Part shown: positions 1 to 13,108 of the stretch, in pieces | How positions within the stretch are numbered: the first letter of the stretch is position 1 | How the letters are laid out: the number at the start of each line of letters is the position of its first letter | Assembly (NCBI RefSeq): GCF_009914755.1 | Contig: NC_060932.1 | DNA from: the human T2T-CHM13v2.0 reference genome, Homo sapiens | Reading direction: 5' to 3' (one strand) | Length of the DNA stretch: 64,000 nucleotides | Program-made: the position numbers and the translations under genes | Notes under the pieces: generated by a model | Told to the model about the DNA's origin: nothing | Databases searched by the model: none | Seen by the model: the letters and a program-made list of their open reading frames with translations, nothing else

Positions 1-230
1 GGCTCACCTATATTAAGTAATTTAATCTTCAAAACAGCTCTTTGAGGTAGGTACTGTCATATATAATGTGTATATATATACTTTTATATATGTGTAAATA
101 TTAAATATATATGTTCACATAAATATAAATTATATATCCTTATTTTACAGATGAGAAAACTGAGGGGTTAAGACACTTGCCCATGTTCACACAGTTACTC
201 AGTCTTGCTTGAAGCCTGAGCTCTTAACAA
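1..230 (-). mobile_element. MIR fragment containing a (TA)-rich stretch
   Basis: MIR core ttttacagatgagaaaactgagg...cttgcccatgttcacacag. Confidence 0.65.
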
Positions 231-566
231 TGTGTTTTGTCTGATGGAGATCTGAGGAAGATTACCTGAGACATGAAATATGTGATGCCTATTTTTGTAC
301 CTAGCACATAGTAGGAGTTTGTTACAGAGTAACAGATTATTTAAAAGATTATTTGTAATTCCAGCCAGCTCATTTGATACCAAATTACTACAGCCTATGT
401 TTCTAGGAGTGGTCAATGGAATTATGCTAAAATAGTATTTTTCTTGCTTGTTTTATATTTTATAAATCGCTTTCCAGCACTGAATCTTTAAAATCTTTTA
501 TTTTCAAGTATCTCTTGAATCTCAAAAATCTATTTTCTTTTCCCTGCTGACTGATCCTGGTCCCAG

Positions 567-669
567 GAACTGAGGTTGCAGATAAGTCATGTTACAACAG
601 GAATGAAGGTGGGTCAAAGTACGGGTACTGTCGCAGAGTGGATGACACACTCATTCCCTGCAAAGCAAA
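567..669 (+). CDS. ADAM28: ADAM28 exon (~15), Cys-rich domain: (G)[33 protein letters not shown](N)
   Basis: tcccag| acceptor, |gtaagt donor, 103 nt, phase 1-2; frame continues into next exon; peptide recognised as ADAM28. Confidence 0.96.
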
Positions 670-769
670 GTAAGTGGCCTTGTCTGAACCTTCCTGCTTC
701 ACAGACTAGAGCAATGGTACACTTCCAGCTACACATTCTGATTTATTCCAGTTAAAGGGAAAGTGCATT

Positions 770-890
770 TGGTCATCAATCATTTGACAAACATTTATTG
801 AGTAACTACTATGTGCCATGATGTGGGCTAGGTACCGAGTCTAAAACAACAAATAAGAAATGGCTTCTTTCTTCAAGTATCTCATGGTGG
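770..890 (-). mobile_element. L2 3' end fragment
   Basis: caaacatttattgagtaactactatgtgcc is the reverse of the L2 terminus. Confidence 0.6.
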
Positions 891-2698
891 GTGCTTCAGA
901 TGACACAAAGCACAGTCATTGTTGGGTAGAATGAATGGTTGTGATGGAACATGCCACAAAGAATGGGTCTGGTTAGAAATTTGTCCAGGGATTTCCCAGT
1001 ATAAATCAGATGCTTTCTCAATCTCATGTTTTTCCTTGTAAGATTCAGAGTAGAAATATTTATCTACCCAGAGGAATAACAGATGCAGTGCTTGAACAGT
1101 TTTTTAAACTTTCAGTAGAATTACATAAAGAAAAAATACAATATGAAAATATTGACAATTCATCTGAAGAGTTTGTTAGTTTTAGTACTGATATCCGGGA
1201 AAACACTATAGAACAGCACACCAGAAGAACTTGGGATTTTTCTATGGTTTAATTCTGCAATTTTGAGATGAGTTTTAAAATCCAATTATAGATTAAACTC
1301 TTTGTACCTGCTCTAAATTTTACACATACCAAATAATATATAACAAGAGGTTGCACAAGATCAACATTTCCCAAAGTTTGTCTATTGGACACGAATTTCT
1401 CTGAATGACAGGTATTACCAAACTATACTTTGGATATAGGGTTATCTCTTGGGAGAATCTGTGCCTAAAGAACAATCATTTTCGGTGGTCTTGTGGTCTC
1501 TTCTTTATAGGAAACCAGGGCAGATTCAAAAGAGGAAATTATGTAAAAGGCAGTATGTGAGGGCCAGAGGAAGGGCAATTGTAGGTGGTGAATGGGAAGA
1601 GAGTGGGTCTCGCCATCTTTCCTTTGCAGTCTGTGCACACAACAGTGTCCCATATAACTCTTTGCATGAGCATTAGTTTCTGTGCTCTAGTGGCTCAAGC
1701 AGCTCCTTCACCCCACAAACTACCCTCCTAGTCACTTCTCAGTAGTCATTGGCTATAGTGAAGAGTTAGCCTGAAATTCCCTGTGCCCTAAACCATCCTT
1801 TATCGCTTTACCTAAGTGATTCAAGAAAAACACACTCTCATATTTTGAGAGAATATATGCCTTTCTCCACTCCTCAAACATATTTTCTACAGCCAAGAGA
1901 GATCAAAAAATCTGATGCCATCACTTTCTGGATACTTTTTTCACAGCCCTCTTCCGAATTCTACATAAAGCAATTGACTTCCATTTTATTGTCTTTTAGT
2001 CCTGTTGGCAGTAAATGAATGGCTTGAGTGAGTGTTGAGCAGTTTAATCTGCACCTTCAGGGAGACAGTTCTTTTAGTAACTCCACCTGATGCCTTGCAG
2101 TGTCAAGGGAGGCTCAGCTTTGTTCTGACAGCATTATAGTGGAGACTTGGGCTTTCTTTTGGTGGAATTATTCTGCAGCCAGTTGTACAAATAAATGAGT
2201 AACCTATCTGAAACAAGCTAGAAATTGATGTCTCAGATGCCTCCATGATGTTAGGAATCCATGTTTTATCCTCTAGCTCCATCATCCACATGACTTTCAT
2301 TTCCATGTGTTTCTCTAGGCCTATGATAGCTTCTCTAGCTATCATACTCCAATCAGCAAAAAATGAGAAAATGTTGAGAAATAGAAGATAATTCCTCATT
2401 TAAGGCCACCTTCTAGAATTTGTGCTTAAGATTCTGTTTTCTTCTCATGGGCCAGCACTTCGGCAACTGGCAAAAATTAGGTGTACAGGGATCTAGGTAA
2501 TACTGTTTATTTGAGCAATAATATATTGTGCTAACGTTCAGGCATCCTATTACTGAGAAATAAGGGAAAATGAGTGTAAAGTACAACTAAGAGTCTCGGC
2601 TACAGGGAAAAATACCATCAGTTAAATATCCATAGTCCTAGAGCATTTATGTAAAACTGCAATTTGAATCCTGCAATACATTTTGGCTTTTTCCTCAG

Positions 2699-2858
2699 TG
2701 ATACCATGTGTGGGAAGTTGTTCTGTCAAGGTGGGTCGGATAATTTGCCCTGGAAAGGACGGATAGTGACTTTCCTGACATGTAAAACATTTGATCCTGA
2801 AGACACAAGTCAAGAAATAGGCATGGTGGCCAATGGAACTAAGTGTGGCGATAACAAG
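2699..2858 (+). CDS. ADAM28: ADAM28 exon (~16): [53 protein letters not shown]
   Basis: ttcctcag| and |gtaagt, 160 nt; CGKLFC and GTKCG ADAM Cys-rich motifs; overlaps ORF 2664..2867. Confidence 0.97.
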
Positions 2859-4201
2859 GTAAGTTGAAATTGTGGCTTTCACTCAAAATAGTGTTTTTTA
2901 CTTTGGTGTGCTTTGTTGTTTTGCCCCTCGGTTATTCACTATGTGCCTTGTTTCCCGATTTTGGGGTTCGCCATGCCTTAATAGAACCCACAGAGTTTGA
3001 ATTTGGAACACAGAAATGAAAATGGCGCAGAACCTAGTAAATAGCAGGAATAAGCACTGACATTAACATTCTCAAACACTGTGGTGAAATTTGGAAATAA
3101 TTGACTCTCATAGTCATTATTTCAAGAAGAGTATCATATCGTCATGCAGATAACACACAGTAGCATCCGTTTAACTTTCATAGACGAAGTCTGAAAACTC
3201 ACTGAAAGTGCCAGTGTATGTGATACTGGGCTTCATTTAACAGATCTGTATATCATTAATAATATAATGAACTTAAATACGAGTACTGTTTAGCCAGGGC
3301 CAATCAATTCACGAACTTTGACCATGAGGTTTGTCTCTCTTAAGAGATTAGAATTACCCTCTTTATATATTCACTAAGATATCCACATGACCAAAGAGTT
3401 CCCCTGATTTTTCACTGTGGTAAAGCCAATCCTCAGAATATTATCCTATTTACTTAAACTGATTTGGCTATTTAAATATTAATTTATCCAATGATGAGTC
3501 CAAAATTATCTAAGTGGTTCAGTGTGGGTATTGCTTATACGTGGTCTCTGAACCCCTGGAGCTGAAAATAAAAATTTAGCAATGTTTATAAATCTGCTGA
3601 TTTGACATTAAAATATTAGGTCTTGCCTATAAGAAGTACCCACAGTATTTAAACTTATTCTTTTCCCCCATTTTTCCTGAAACATATGCTAGCATCAAGG
3701 GCAAGGAATTTTATATAAAATATAATATTTAACTGCGTTTTCCAGGTTTTACTAATTTCCTTGTATTTTCTAGTGCTGAAGCCTTTAAAGACATTGAGAC
3801 ATTATCACATGACCTGGCATGGATGTTGCAGTGCTTGGGCCTTAAGGGAGGGAAGTACTGGGACTAGGGCAGAATTGAGATGTTTCTGGGTCCCCTGGCA
3901 TTAAGATCATCTCATTATTGCTTATCCCTTAACTTCTTGCATAGTCATTGCTTCTGGGATATACAGTTGTTTGGATTTTTAAAAATACATAAATTCTTAG
4001 ATAGACTTTATCAACCTTTTTGGGTTGGTTTAACTAAGAGGATAATGTAAGCAACAGAGCCCGTCTCTGTTTCCCTTCTTCTACATCAGCCTCCTGGCAG
4101 AGCCACCTTAAACAACATCTGCTAGCCTCTTCACACAGACCTCAACTTTCTCATCTACGTTCAGAGAAGATGAAGCTTCATGTTTTCTACATCACTTTCA
4201 G

Positions 4202-4282
4202 GTTTGCATTAATGCAGAATGTGTGGATATTGAGAAAGCCTACAAATCAACCAATTGCTCATCTAAGTGCAAAGGACATGCT
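4202..4282 (+). CDS. ADAM28: ADAM28 exon (~17): [27 protein letters not shown]
   Basis: ctttcag| and |gtaagt, 81 nt, phase 0-0. Confidence 0.96.
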
Positions 4283-4606
4283 GTAAGTTCTGAAAATATG
4301 TTTCCCTAAGCTCTCTGAATCTTATGACATTCTAGGTCAGTCATAAGAAAGCTAAAGGAATATTTTCAGCTTTAAATGATGATAATTACTAAGTTTATCC
4401 AAGCCTTCAGTAGCATGGTTCAAGGAGAAATTTCTTCTGGGAATCATTCATGAAATGCCTCTCATTCACTCATACTTTTTGTAGATAGATGGAAGCCTGG
4501 AGACTGGGGTTATTCCTTTTTCTGCATGAACTTTATTATGGATGAGTAGGGCCTTGAGTTTCTGGTCAGCCTAGCGGGGACAGTAACAGGATCATTGCTC
4601 CCCTAG

Positions 4607-4685
4607 GTGTGTGACCATGAGCTCCAGTGTCAATGTGAGGAAGGATGGATCCCTCCCGACTGCGATGACTCCTCAGTGGTCTTCC
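4607..4685 (+). CDS. ADAM28: ADAM28 exon (~18), EGF-like domain: VCDHELQCQCEEGWIPPDCDDSSVVF(H)
   Basis: ccctag| and |gtaggt, 79 nt; CxCxxGWxPPDC EGF motif. Confidence 0.95.
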
Positions 4686-7329
4686 GTAGGTAACATTACA
4701 CATCTAACCTGAGAAAATTGCTCTCCTCTTCCAAGCCTTTATTTTGTATTATATGAGATTTCACTGCTTCTTTTCTCTGTTCTTGAAATTTCTGTTCTGT
4801 TGATGTTGAATCCACAATATTTATCCCCCAAATCTCCTTAATACCTTTTAATTATATTTTCCGTGTCTTCATTTTCACTGCACATGCAAAAAAATTTCCT
4901 CAACCTTTATATTTGTAATCTTATTTTAATTTCACAAATTTTCTTACTTTAGGACTCTTCCATTTTCATAGCAGCCTCAAGTTAATGGAAAAATGTAATA
5001 TCCTCAAAACTCTCTAAGAATATGACCTATTATTTTGTATGTTCAGTTCTATTCTTTGAATTATCTGTTTCTTTTGAGTTGGTTTGTTCTGTTGTCACCA
5101 CGTCACTTGTATTCTGTTGTACTAGTTTTCTTCAGGATATGTGATCCTTAGTTCAATGTGGAATTGGTAGAGCTGGATTAGTTCACACGGGATGTCTCTG
5201 CATTTGTGTGTGCTGTTGTACCTACTGATATTTCTCTTGATGGGGGAATCTGGCTGGGAGCTCTATGGGCAGGTAGGCAGGTCTGCCTATAGGTCTTCAG
5301 GGTGGGAAGGAGCCAGAGTGGGGACCCACCTCCAGTTGTTACGAGGAACATTTTACCCTGAGGAGGGAGCTCATCACCACATTTTCTCCTGAGAGAGCTG
5401 CTTTTTCTCATCATCATCTCATTGACGCTCCCCTCTCTGTCTGATATAGTGTAGGTATCTAGAGGAAGCCTCTGTCCTCCTGTTCATGTTCCTGCATCCT
5501 CTGTTTGCAGAAACGGAGAAATTCTTAGGATTTTGATCTCAGGTGATGAGCCAATCTTGTTCTATATACACAGGAGATGAAGTAGACCTCAGTGAGATAT
5601 CTGCCCCAAATTCAGATTGTTAGACTTTTCAAGAGAGAACATTTATTTCTGATGTTTAGTCTATATTTATTGTTTCCATCCACATAAATCCCTTAACTTC
5701 CTATCTTTCTGAAGATTTTTAAAATTATTTTTTCTAGTGCCCTATGATTTTATTATATACACATGTATTTGTCATGTATTTTGAAAGGGGCATGAACATA
5801 ATCAACTGTTTTAATTAGAAAACTCTTTAATGGTTTCAATGCTCACTAAAAATCCTTTTAAACTATGACTTTCTTGACTGCTTTATTTTGACATATCTAT
5901 TGATTTGCTAAGTCACCTCTATGACTAATTTCTTCCTGGTGTAACAATGCATCCACATAAAACTTTCTAAGTTGTACTTATGAGAATGTATTTCTGTTGC
6001 CAAATATTTTTAATATTTCAATTAATATTCTATATCATAGCATGCATAGCAGGTTTGATTGAATTTGATTTTTTAAATCATAATTTTGCATTCATAACTC
6101 TGTTAAAGTAGATGTTTATATTTAATGTCAAAAAAAAAAAAAACAAGGCCAGACTGATTTCTGTTGATGTTAAATAACATCCCTTTTAAAAGTCATTAGG
6201 TTTGTTTTGCTTAAATGCTTTTAGAATTAATTACTTAATTACTAATTAATCAAAATGAATCACTATTTTATTCCTGGGTGATGTTCTGTTTCCATTAAGA
6301 TGTTACCTAGTGAGTTTCTTTAAACTGAGGATTTGCTTTTTTCTTCCATTGAAGAAATGTTTCTGTTGTTCTAGGTTTTAAAATTTATTTTCTTTCAGTT
6401 TTCTGGTTTCTGATTTAGAAATGTAAATTATTTATGCAAAATATCTCCACTGTGTGATCTCCATATTATATTCCATATTGGGTCATTTTTCTTGTTAATT
6501 CTGGGGAAGTTTTTCAAGATTATTCTCTGTATCATAATATACATTTTTTAGCAATGTTAATTCTCTTATTACTTATAATGACATTTAAAATTATTCAGTG
6601 GCATTTTTATGTGTCTTTGAAATATTTTTTTATCCCAGTTGGTTGTTTTCTCCTGTTTCACATCTGTCTAGCTTTTTTACAGTCTATATTTTAATTGCAT
6701 TGAGAGTACCCTAAATTTGATTCTTTATACTCCTTTTCTGAGAGTATACATTTTATGTATACTTCTACTTCTATGTGTTATTTTATACCTAATCTTTTGA
6801 TTCAACCGATGCTTTTTCTTTAGTTATCATCCAATAAGGTTGAATTAATTCTGATAAGCACTGTTAAAAGTATTTCTCAAAATTTTTAACTTGGAGGACT
6901 AGCGATACAACTTTACGGTATATTACATGAAATTTGTATTTTAGCAGGATAAGGAGGTAGCTGGAGAAGTTCAAAATACATACAGTGGAAGCTTTTCTCA
7001 ACTTATTCTGTTTGTTGAAACCACTACATCAGAATTCAACTTTATCCCCCAAGCCTTGTTTTTTTTAGGGCATTGTGTTAGTGGGTTCAGTGCCCTTTCA
7101 GTGCTATTTCTTATCTAACCATCAAGGAAAGCCTCAGACAGACTGAGGAACATTTCCTAGTTCAGAAGTGTCCTTGCACCAAGAGGACAGACCCTAGAGG
7201 ATGACAATTTTTACTATAGCTATGGTCCTAAATCTAAACTTGAATGGGAAAAAATTACATTTTTATTTTCATTAAATTCTAAAGTTAGTTTAGAATTTTC
7301 TACAATTATGGGAATGTATGGCTTATAAA

Positions 7330-7690
7330 CCATAATAGTATTAGCAATATTCCATGACTTTGTCACCAATAGAAATTACAAAGACTTTAATATCTCATTG
7401 CAGTTGTTGAATGTATCTCCAAATACCCCATGAGTATCATTTGTTTGAAATTTTGGTAATTACTGACCTACTGTTAGAACTGATTATTTCAGAGGTTAAT
7501 AAACACATATTTTACTATATCATAAATTGTTTTATAATATTTTCACAACTGTATCCCAACATCAATAGCTTCCTTTAAATCTTATGCCTTTTATGAATGA
7601 ATTTAGAAACACTCAGAAAAGGGGTTTATAGGCTTTATCAGATTGCCAAAATGATTTGCAGCATGACAAAGTTTAAGAGCACTGCCCTAC
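7330..7690. mobile_element. hAT-Charlie-type DNA transposon remnant
   Basis: Terminal motif ...gggtttataggctttatcagattgccaaa...aagtttaagagcactg. Confidence 0.45.
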
Positions 7691-7899
7691 GACATGGCCA
7701 TACACAGCCATTGGCTTTCAAGATTATTGTTAACACCATCTTTTTGTGTGTAACATAATAGAGCAGACATGTAAATATAAAGGCAAACCTGATGATTACA
7801 AAATGAACGCTCATGTAATATAATAAGGGCCAAGAAATAGACCCAGACATCTGCTTTCCTGCCTCTTTTCAGTCTGATCTCCCCTCTTTCTCTAAGGGT

Positions 7900-9600
7900 T
7901 GACCATTAATCTTTCTTTTGTCATAATCATTTTGTTAGTTTTCTTTGTAGTTTTGCTTCCTAAATACACATCCTTAAACAGCAGCTTTTGGTTATATAAT
8001 TCCATGTGTATAAAGTTTTTAAACACAGGAAACACAGCTTCCCTCACTATCAACACTGTCACCAGAGACATACATTTGTTACATCCATGAACATACCCGG
8101 ACACATCATTATCACCAAGAGTCTTTAAAGTTTGTATGTATGAAATTTTTCTATGCTCATTTTCTTCTTTTTCTCTACCTTATGCTTTCAAGATCATCCA
8201 TTCTAGTGATTGGATTAAGGTCCACTAGTTCTCTTTCAAGTTTCTAAGAATTCTGTCAAATACTTCCTTATTTATTAAAATGTTTTCCCCTTTACTCTAT
8301 TAGTACTGTCAAATAAGTCAATTGGTTTGTGAACATTTATCTAACTTTGCAACCTTTGAATAAACCTAAGTTAGAAATAATATCTTTTTTATATAGTGAA
8401 GGATGTTTACTCTTATTTTATACTCTTGGGTGATATTGGACTGTGATTTTTTCATATTGAAAAAATTGCTGAATTTTGGTATCAAGGTTATGCTAGTCGC
8501 ATAAAGTGTATTGGAGAGTATTCATTTATATTCTCTGGAAGAATTTGTATTTTTTGGCTATTTTATATTCATGGGTGATATTGGACTGTGATTTTTTCAT
8601 ATACGTGTTCTGTAGTATTCTCCAGATATTTTGTTTATCAAGTTTATTAATTGTCTGATATATAAATTAAGCCTAACATTGTTTATTTGTTCTACCAATT
8701 ACTGTGCTGGGAGTGTTAAAATACCCCCCACTGTAATTGTGAATTTGATTACTACTTCTGGCTCTATCAATACTTTTATACTTTGAGAGCGTATTATTAT
8801 ATACATACAAGTTTAGAGTGTTGCTTCTTCCAAATTAATGAACAGTGTATCATGATGAAATGGTGCTGTGTCTATCTAGTACACTTCTTACCTTTGAGAA
8901 TATACACTTCCTGGAGACCATATAGCTGTAACGTATTTGTTTTGGTCTGTATTTGCCCTGAAATAACATTTTTCCATATTTTCATTTTTATCCTTTCTGA
9001 ATCACGTTTTAAGTCTTTTTTTCTTTTATTAAAGAAAGCATGCACATATAGTTTTTAGTAGTACTCACATCTTTGGTTTTTGTTTGTTTCTTTAACTGAG
9101 GAACTTAGTCCGTTTAAATTAAATGTAATTACTGATGTACTTGGGTATAAATCCACAATTATATAGTTTCTATTTGTCTTTCCTGTTTATGTTCCCTTTT
9201 CTCTCCTTTCTTACTTTCTTATAGACTTATTGATTTTATTATTTTATTAACTTGGATGTTATGCATTTCTTTTATATTTTAATGATTACCCTAAAACTTC
9301 CCAATTCATTTGCTTTTTTAAAAAAATAAACTTAACTTACTTTCTTTTGTAGAGCAGTTTTGGGTTCACAGCGAAATTGAAGAGAAAGAACAGACAGTTG
9401 ACATATACCCAGCAACTCCCACTCCTGAACAGCTTCCCTCACCATCAACATCCCCCATTCTCGTGGAGTATTCGTTGATGGTAACAAATACTCCATAAAC
9501 CTACATTAACACATCATTATCACCCCAAGCCCACAGTTTACATTAGGGTTTGCTGTTGGTTCATTTGCCTTTCATTTCTTTCTGCATTTCTGAACTTTTA
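7900..9600 (-). mobile_element. Old L1 (L1M/L1MC) fragments
   Basis: T-rich antisense L1 sequence; L1MC-type 3' UTR motifs at ~8030-8120 and ~9340-9560. Confidence 0.55.
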
Positions 9601-10964
9601 TCTAGGATTATTTTCTGTCTCTCCAGGTCCTTGCCCACTCACTAATCTCTACAAAGTAATTTTATCTAACATTTAAGTACTTTTATACTTTTAGGATGCT
9701 TTTGTTTGCTTGTTTGCAAAAAATTTAAAGATTAAAAGATTATTTTTAATGGGCAGGTTGATCTCAATTTCCTAGTCCACCATTACCAGAAACAAGAAGA
9801 GGCTGCACTTACTCTTCAGTGATTTCTATCTTCACCTGCAAACCTTCCGTTGTTATACTTCCATCTGTCCTGTGCCCCAATTTTAGCTCCAGACCATGTC
9901 TTTTCAAGTTTGGTGTGTTTGTGAAGTACTGCCAAATTCCCATTTATTTCTCTGATAATATGTCATTCTTCTGAAAATAGTTACAGTTCTGATATTAGTG
10001 CAAGTAAGTGTATGTTTTTCATTCTGAATGTATCTACACTATAACAGAATGCTTCACTGTTTTATTTTCCTTTGACTTTTTGGATTGGAATCTTATGGAG
10101 GGTGGCGAGTAGCGAATATTTGAACTAAAGTCATTGTCTTACCTAGAATTCTGCTTCTGATGTGTCTACCTCTATCTGCATGTGTGTGTGTGCTCACACT
10201 TGTGAACTTTTCTTGCATTTATACAAATATTAATCATGCTATTGGTTTGCTGATTTCTGTAATAAGAGAACGGTAACTTTTGGCATTGCTTTTCAATCTT
10301 TTCCTTCCTGGTCTCTTGTGGTTTCAGATTATTGTAAGAGAAATGAACAGTTAAGAGCAAAAGAGTGAAGTTATATTCATTATTTAAATTTGTCAGTACA
10401 AGAAAAAACACCATGGAGGCCCAGGAATATTTGTTCAAACCATTTCCTCATTCTCAAGGTCACATAACTTCCTGTCTAATTCCAGTGTAGACCAACATCA
10501 GTGGAACACTCGATTATTTGTCTTCTTAGTCACACCTCAGCTTCTTATTCACTAATGACAGGAATGTATTTTCAAAGTTTTAGTTTCTTTTTCTCTGTTT
10601 TATTCCAAGACTGCTTTTCAAAAATGTTTCATTTCTTCTTTGCCATCTTCCTTACTGTATATTCTCTTCTAATCTCCCAGCTCATTTCCCAGTTGTTACA
10701 AACATTATCTAAGTATTCTCAATATTATGATTTTTAACTTATTTCATGTTAAATGTTTCCTATAGATTTCATGTGTATTTATTCTACCTAATATTAATAT
10801 AATTATCCTGATCAAAATACTTTTTCATTTTACTGGCTATGGGAATTTATGTTCATTGGAGAAAAGGGTAGCTGGAATATGTGCTAAGTAAAGAAACAAG
10901 GACTAGTGTGTTGTGCAGATGTGTGTTTCTGCAGTCCTCAGCGGGCCCCTGTTCTCTGCTGCAG

Positions 10965-11073
10965 ACTTCTCCATTGTGGTTGGGGTGCTGTTCCCAATGG
11001 CGGTCATTTTTGTGGTGGTTGCTATGGTAATCCGGCACCAGAGCTCCAGAGAAAAGCAGAAGAAAGATCAGAG
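10965..11073 (+). CDS. ADAM28: ADAM28 exon (~19), transmembrane helix: (H)[35 protein letters not shown](R)
   Basis: ctgctgcag| and |gtgatc, 109 nt; about 22 hydrophobic residues then a basic stop-transfer stretch. Confidence 0.95.
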
Positions 11074-11421
11074 GTGATCCTTTATCTTATCTTGCTGTAG
11101 GGACTCTTTGACCCCTATTTTACTTTACTTTAAATTCAATGTATAACCTATCCTTTCAAATTGAATTGGTTTACTTCTAATATTCAGAAATACATGCAGA
11201 TGGTCTTTTTGGACGAGAAACTGGGTTTCCCTTTAACTGAGAAATCCTTCACATCTAGAAATGTTTTTTGTTTTTCCTTCTGTTAGTCACCGTAGTTATA
11301 ATAATAAGAGTGATATTAACTCTCATTATGACAGATTTTTTGAATTTGTTGTAAGAATATAATATCTAACATTATTTGATCAATATACGATGAGCACTGT
11401 GCTAAGCACCGCCCCACCCAC

Positions 11422-11711
11422 TTTTTTTTGAGACAAGAGTCTCCCTCTGTGGCCCAGGCTGGAGTGCGATGCTGCGATCTCGGCTCACTGCAACCTCCAC
11501 ACCTCCCAGTTTCAAGTACTTCTCCTACCTCAGCCCCGAGTATCTGGGATTACATGCACATACCACCACACCGGGTTATTTCTGTATTTTTAGTAGAGAT
11601 GGGGTCTCACCATGTTGGCCAACCTGGTCTCAAACTCCTGACCTCAAATGATCCACCCACTTTGGCTTCCCTAAGTGCCGGGATTACAGGTGTGAGTCTC
11701 CACACCCGGCC
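11422..11711 (-). mobile_element. AluS inserted in a MIR
   Basis: Full Alu dimer; TSD tgtgctaagc at 11398-11407 and 11713-11722. Confidence 0.92.
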
Positions 11712-12329
11712 GTGTGCTAAGCCCTTTTATATCTATTATCTTATTTACACTTCACAAGAACTTCATAAAGTGGTCATGAGTTTCATTTTACAGATGAGAA
11801 ATGTTTTATGCTAACCCTTACACAATTTTGCAAGGTTAGGAACTTCACATTTTGATGGATATAGAAACAAGCTCAGAGAGATTATTAGCAAACATGCTTT
11901 CAGTCTTGCAGAGTAAGTGGTGGAGGCTGGGTTTGTCTCACGAACGTGATTCTGGCACAATGGTGTTTTTTTTGGTTTTTTTTTTTTTAGCACTTTTAAA
12001 GAAAGACTTATTTACTCATGATGAGTTTTTTAATATTGAGTAAGACATTAATAAAACAACATAATTTAGATAAAATTTGGATTCAACACTATCATTTTTA
12101 GAAGTCAGGGGTTTTTGGAGAAAAAAGAAAACTAGTAGTGATTATGAATTACAAGGCAATGAAAGAGGCTGACGGGGAAGTAAAAACTGATCCAGGGAGC
12201 AGATAAAAACCCAGGCAATAGGCAAGAAAGACATAATGGGAAAAAGAAGTTGGGAATCTTCTACGGAGTTTCCCTGTCATGCTGAAGGAGCTGCTAAGTC
12301 AATTGATATCATGTGTTTCTCTCTTACAG

Positions 12330-12408
12330 GCCACTATCTACCACTGGCACCAGGCCACACAAACAGAAGAGGAAACCCCAGATGGTAAAGGCTGTTCAAC
12401 CCCAAGAG
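12330..12408 (+). CDS. ADAM28: ADAM28 exon (~20), cytoplasmic tail: [26 protein letters not shown]
   Basis: ctcttacag| and |gtgaac, 79 nt, phase 2-0. Confidence 0.93.
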
Positions 12409-12644
12409 GTGAACTATATAGTCTGGGCTGTGATTACCATGGCCCCACTTTGCGTTTCTCTCACACTCTTATCCTGACTACCTATCTATCATTTCTACCC
12501 AGCAGCGTTTTGCAGTAAAACATTCAGAAATGTCTCCTTTGCCTTTTGTTAAAGGCAAAAGAGTCCCTAAAATGCCGAGGCTACTTTGCCGGGGTTCATG
12601 AAATGCAAACAGAATAAAGAGAACAAAGAATGCACATACCGGAT

Positions 12645-12710
12645 GTCTGTCTGTCTCTCTCTTTGTCTCTGCTTCATTCTCTCTCCCTCTCTCACACACA
12701 CACACTCCCT
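12645..12710. repeat. (CT)n/(CA)n compound microsatellite
   Basis: Seen directly. Confidence 0.8.
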
Positions 12711-12844
12711 CTAGCTTATTTCTTTGCAAATTGACAAAATAGATACAAAAATATGTATGTCTGTATGATAATACATGTAATATTTATAACCCAAATGTCC
12801 TACTCATGTCCTGTAAATTTAAAGATTTTAGCTGAAGTTGGTTA

Positions 12845-12906
12845 ATAACATTGGTAATCATTTATAACATTGGTAATCATTTCATTTATAACATTGGTAA
12901 TCATTT
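12845..12906. repeat. Three copies of 19-mer ataacattggtaatcattt
   Basis: Copies at 12845, 12864 and 12888, with an extra cattt between copies 2 and 3. Confidence 0.9.
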
Positions 12907-13108
12907 TTTGATGAAAACTTTTCATTACAGCTCTGGGAAATACTTCTATGGAATACGCCAGCAGGACCACTGTGATTTTCTATCTGGTCTCTTGGTGTCA
13001 GCTTAGTTCCAAGCTTCCATGCCTTGAAAAGTGCTTACTTAAAAATTACTTAAAAACTGTGCTTATGAAACTAATGGTTCATTTTGAAATATTCGTTCTT
13101 CTTTTCAG

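Noticed and set aside
6130-6143. Isolated poly(A) as a processed-pseudogene tail
   Set aside because: No recognisable upstream retrocopy or TSD.
11428-11814. 128-aa ORF (similarly 23119..23589, 25779..26084, 51502..51894, 57416..57712)
   Set aside because: Translations of antisense Alu sequence, a common artefact.
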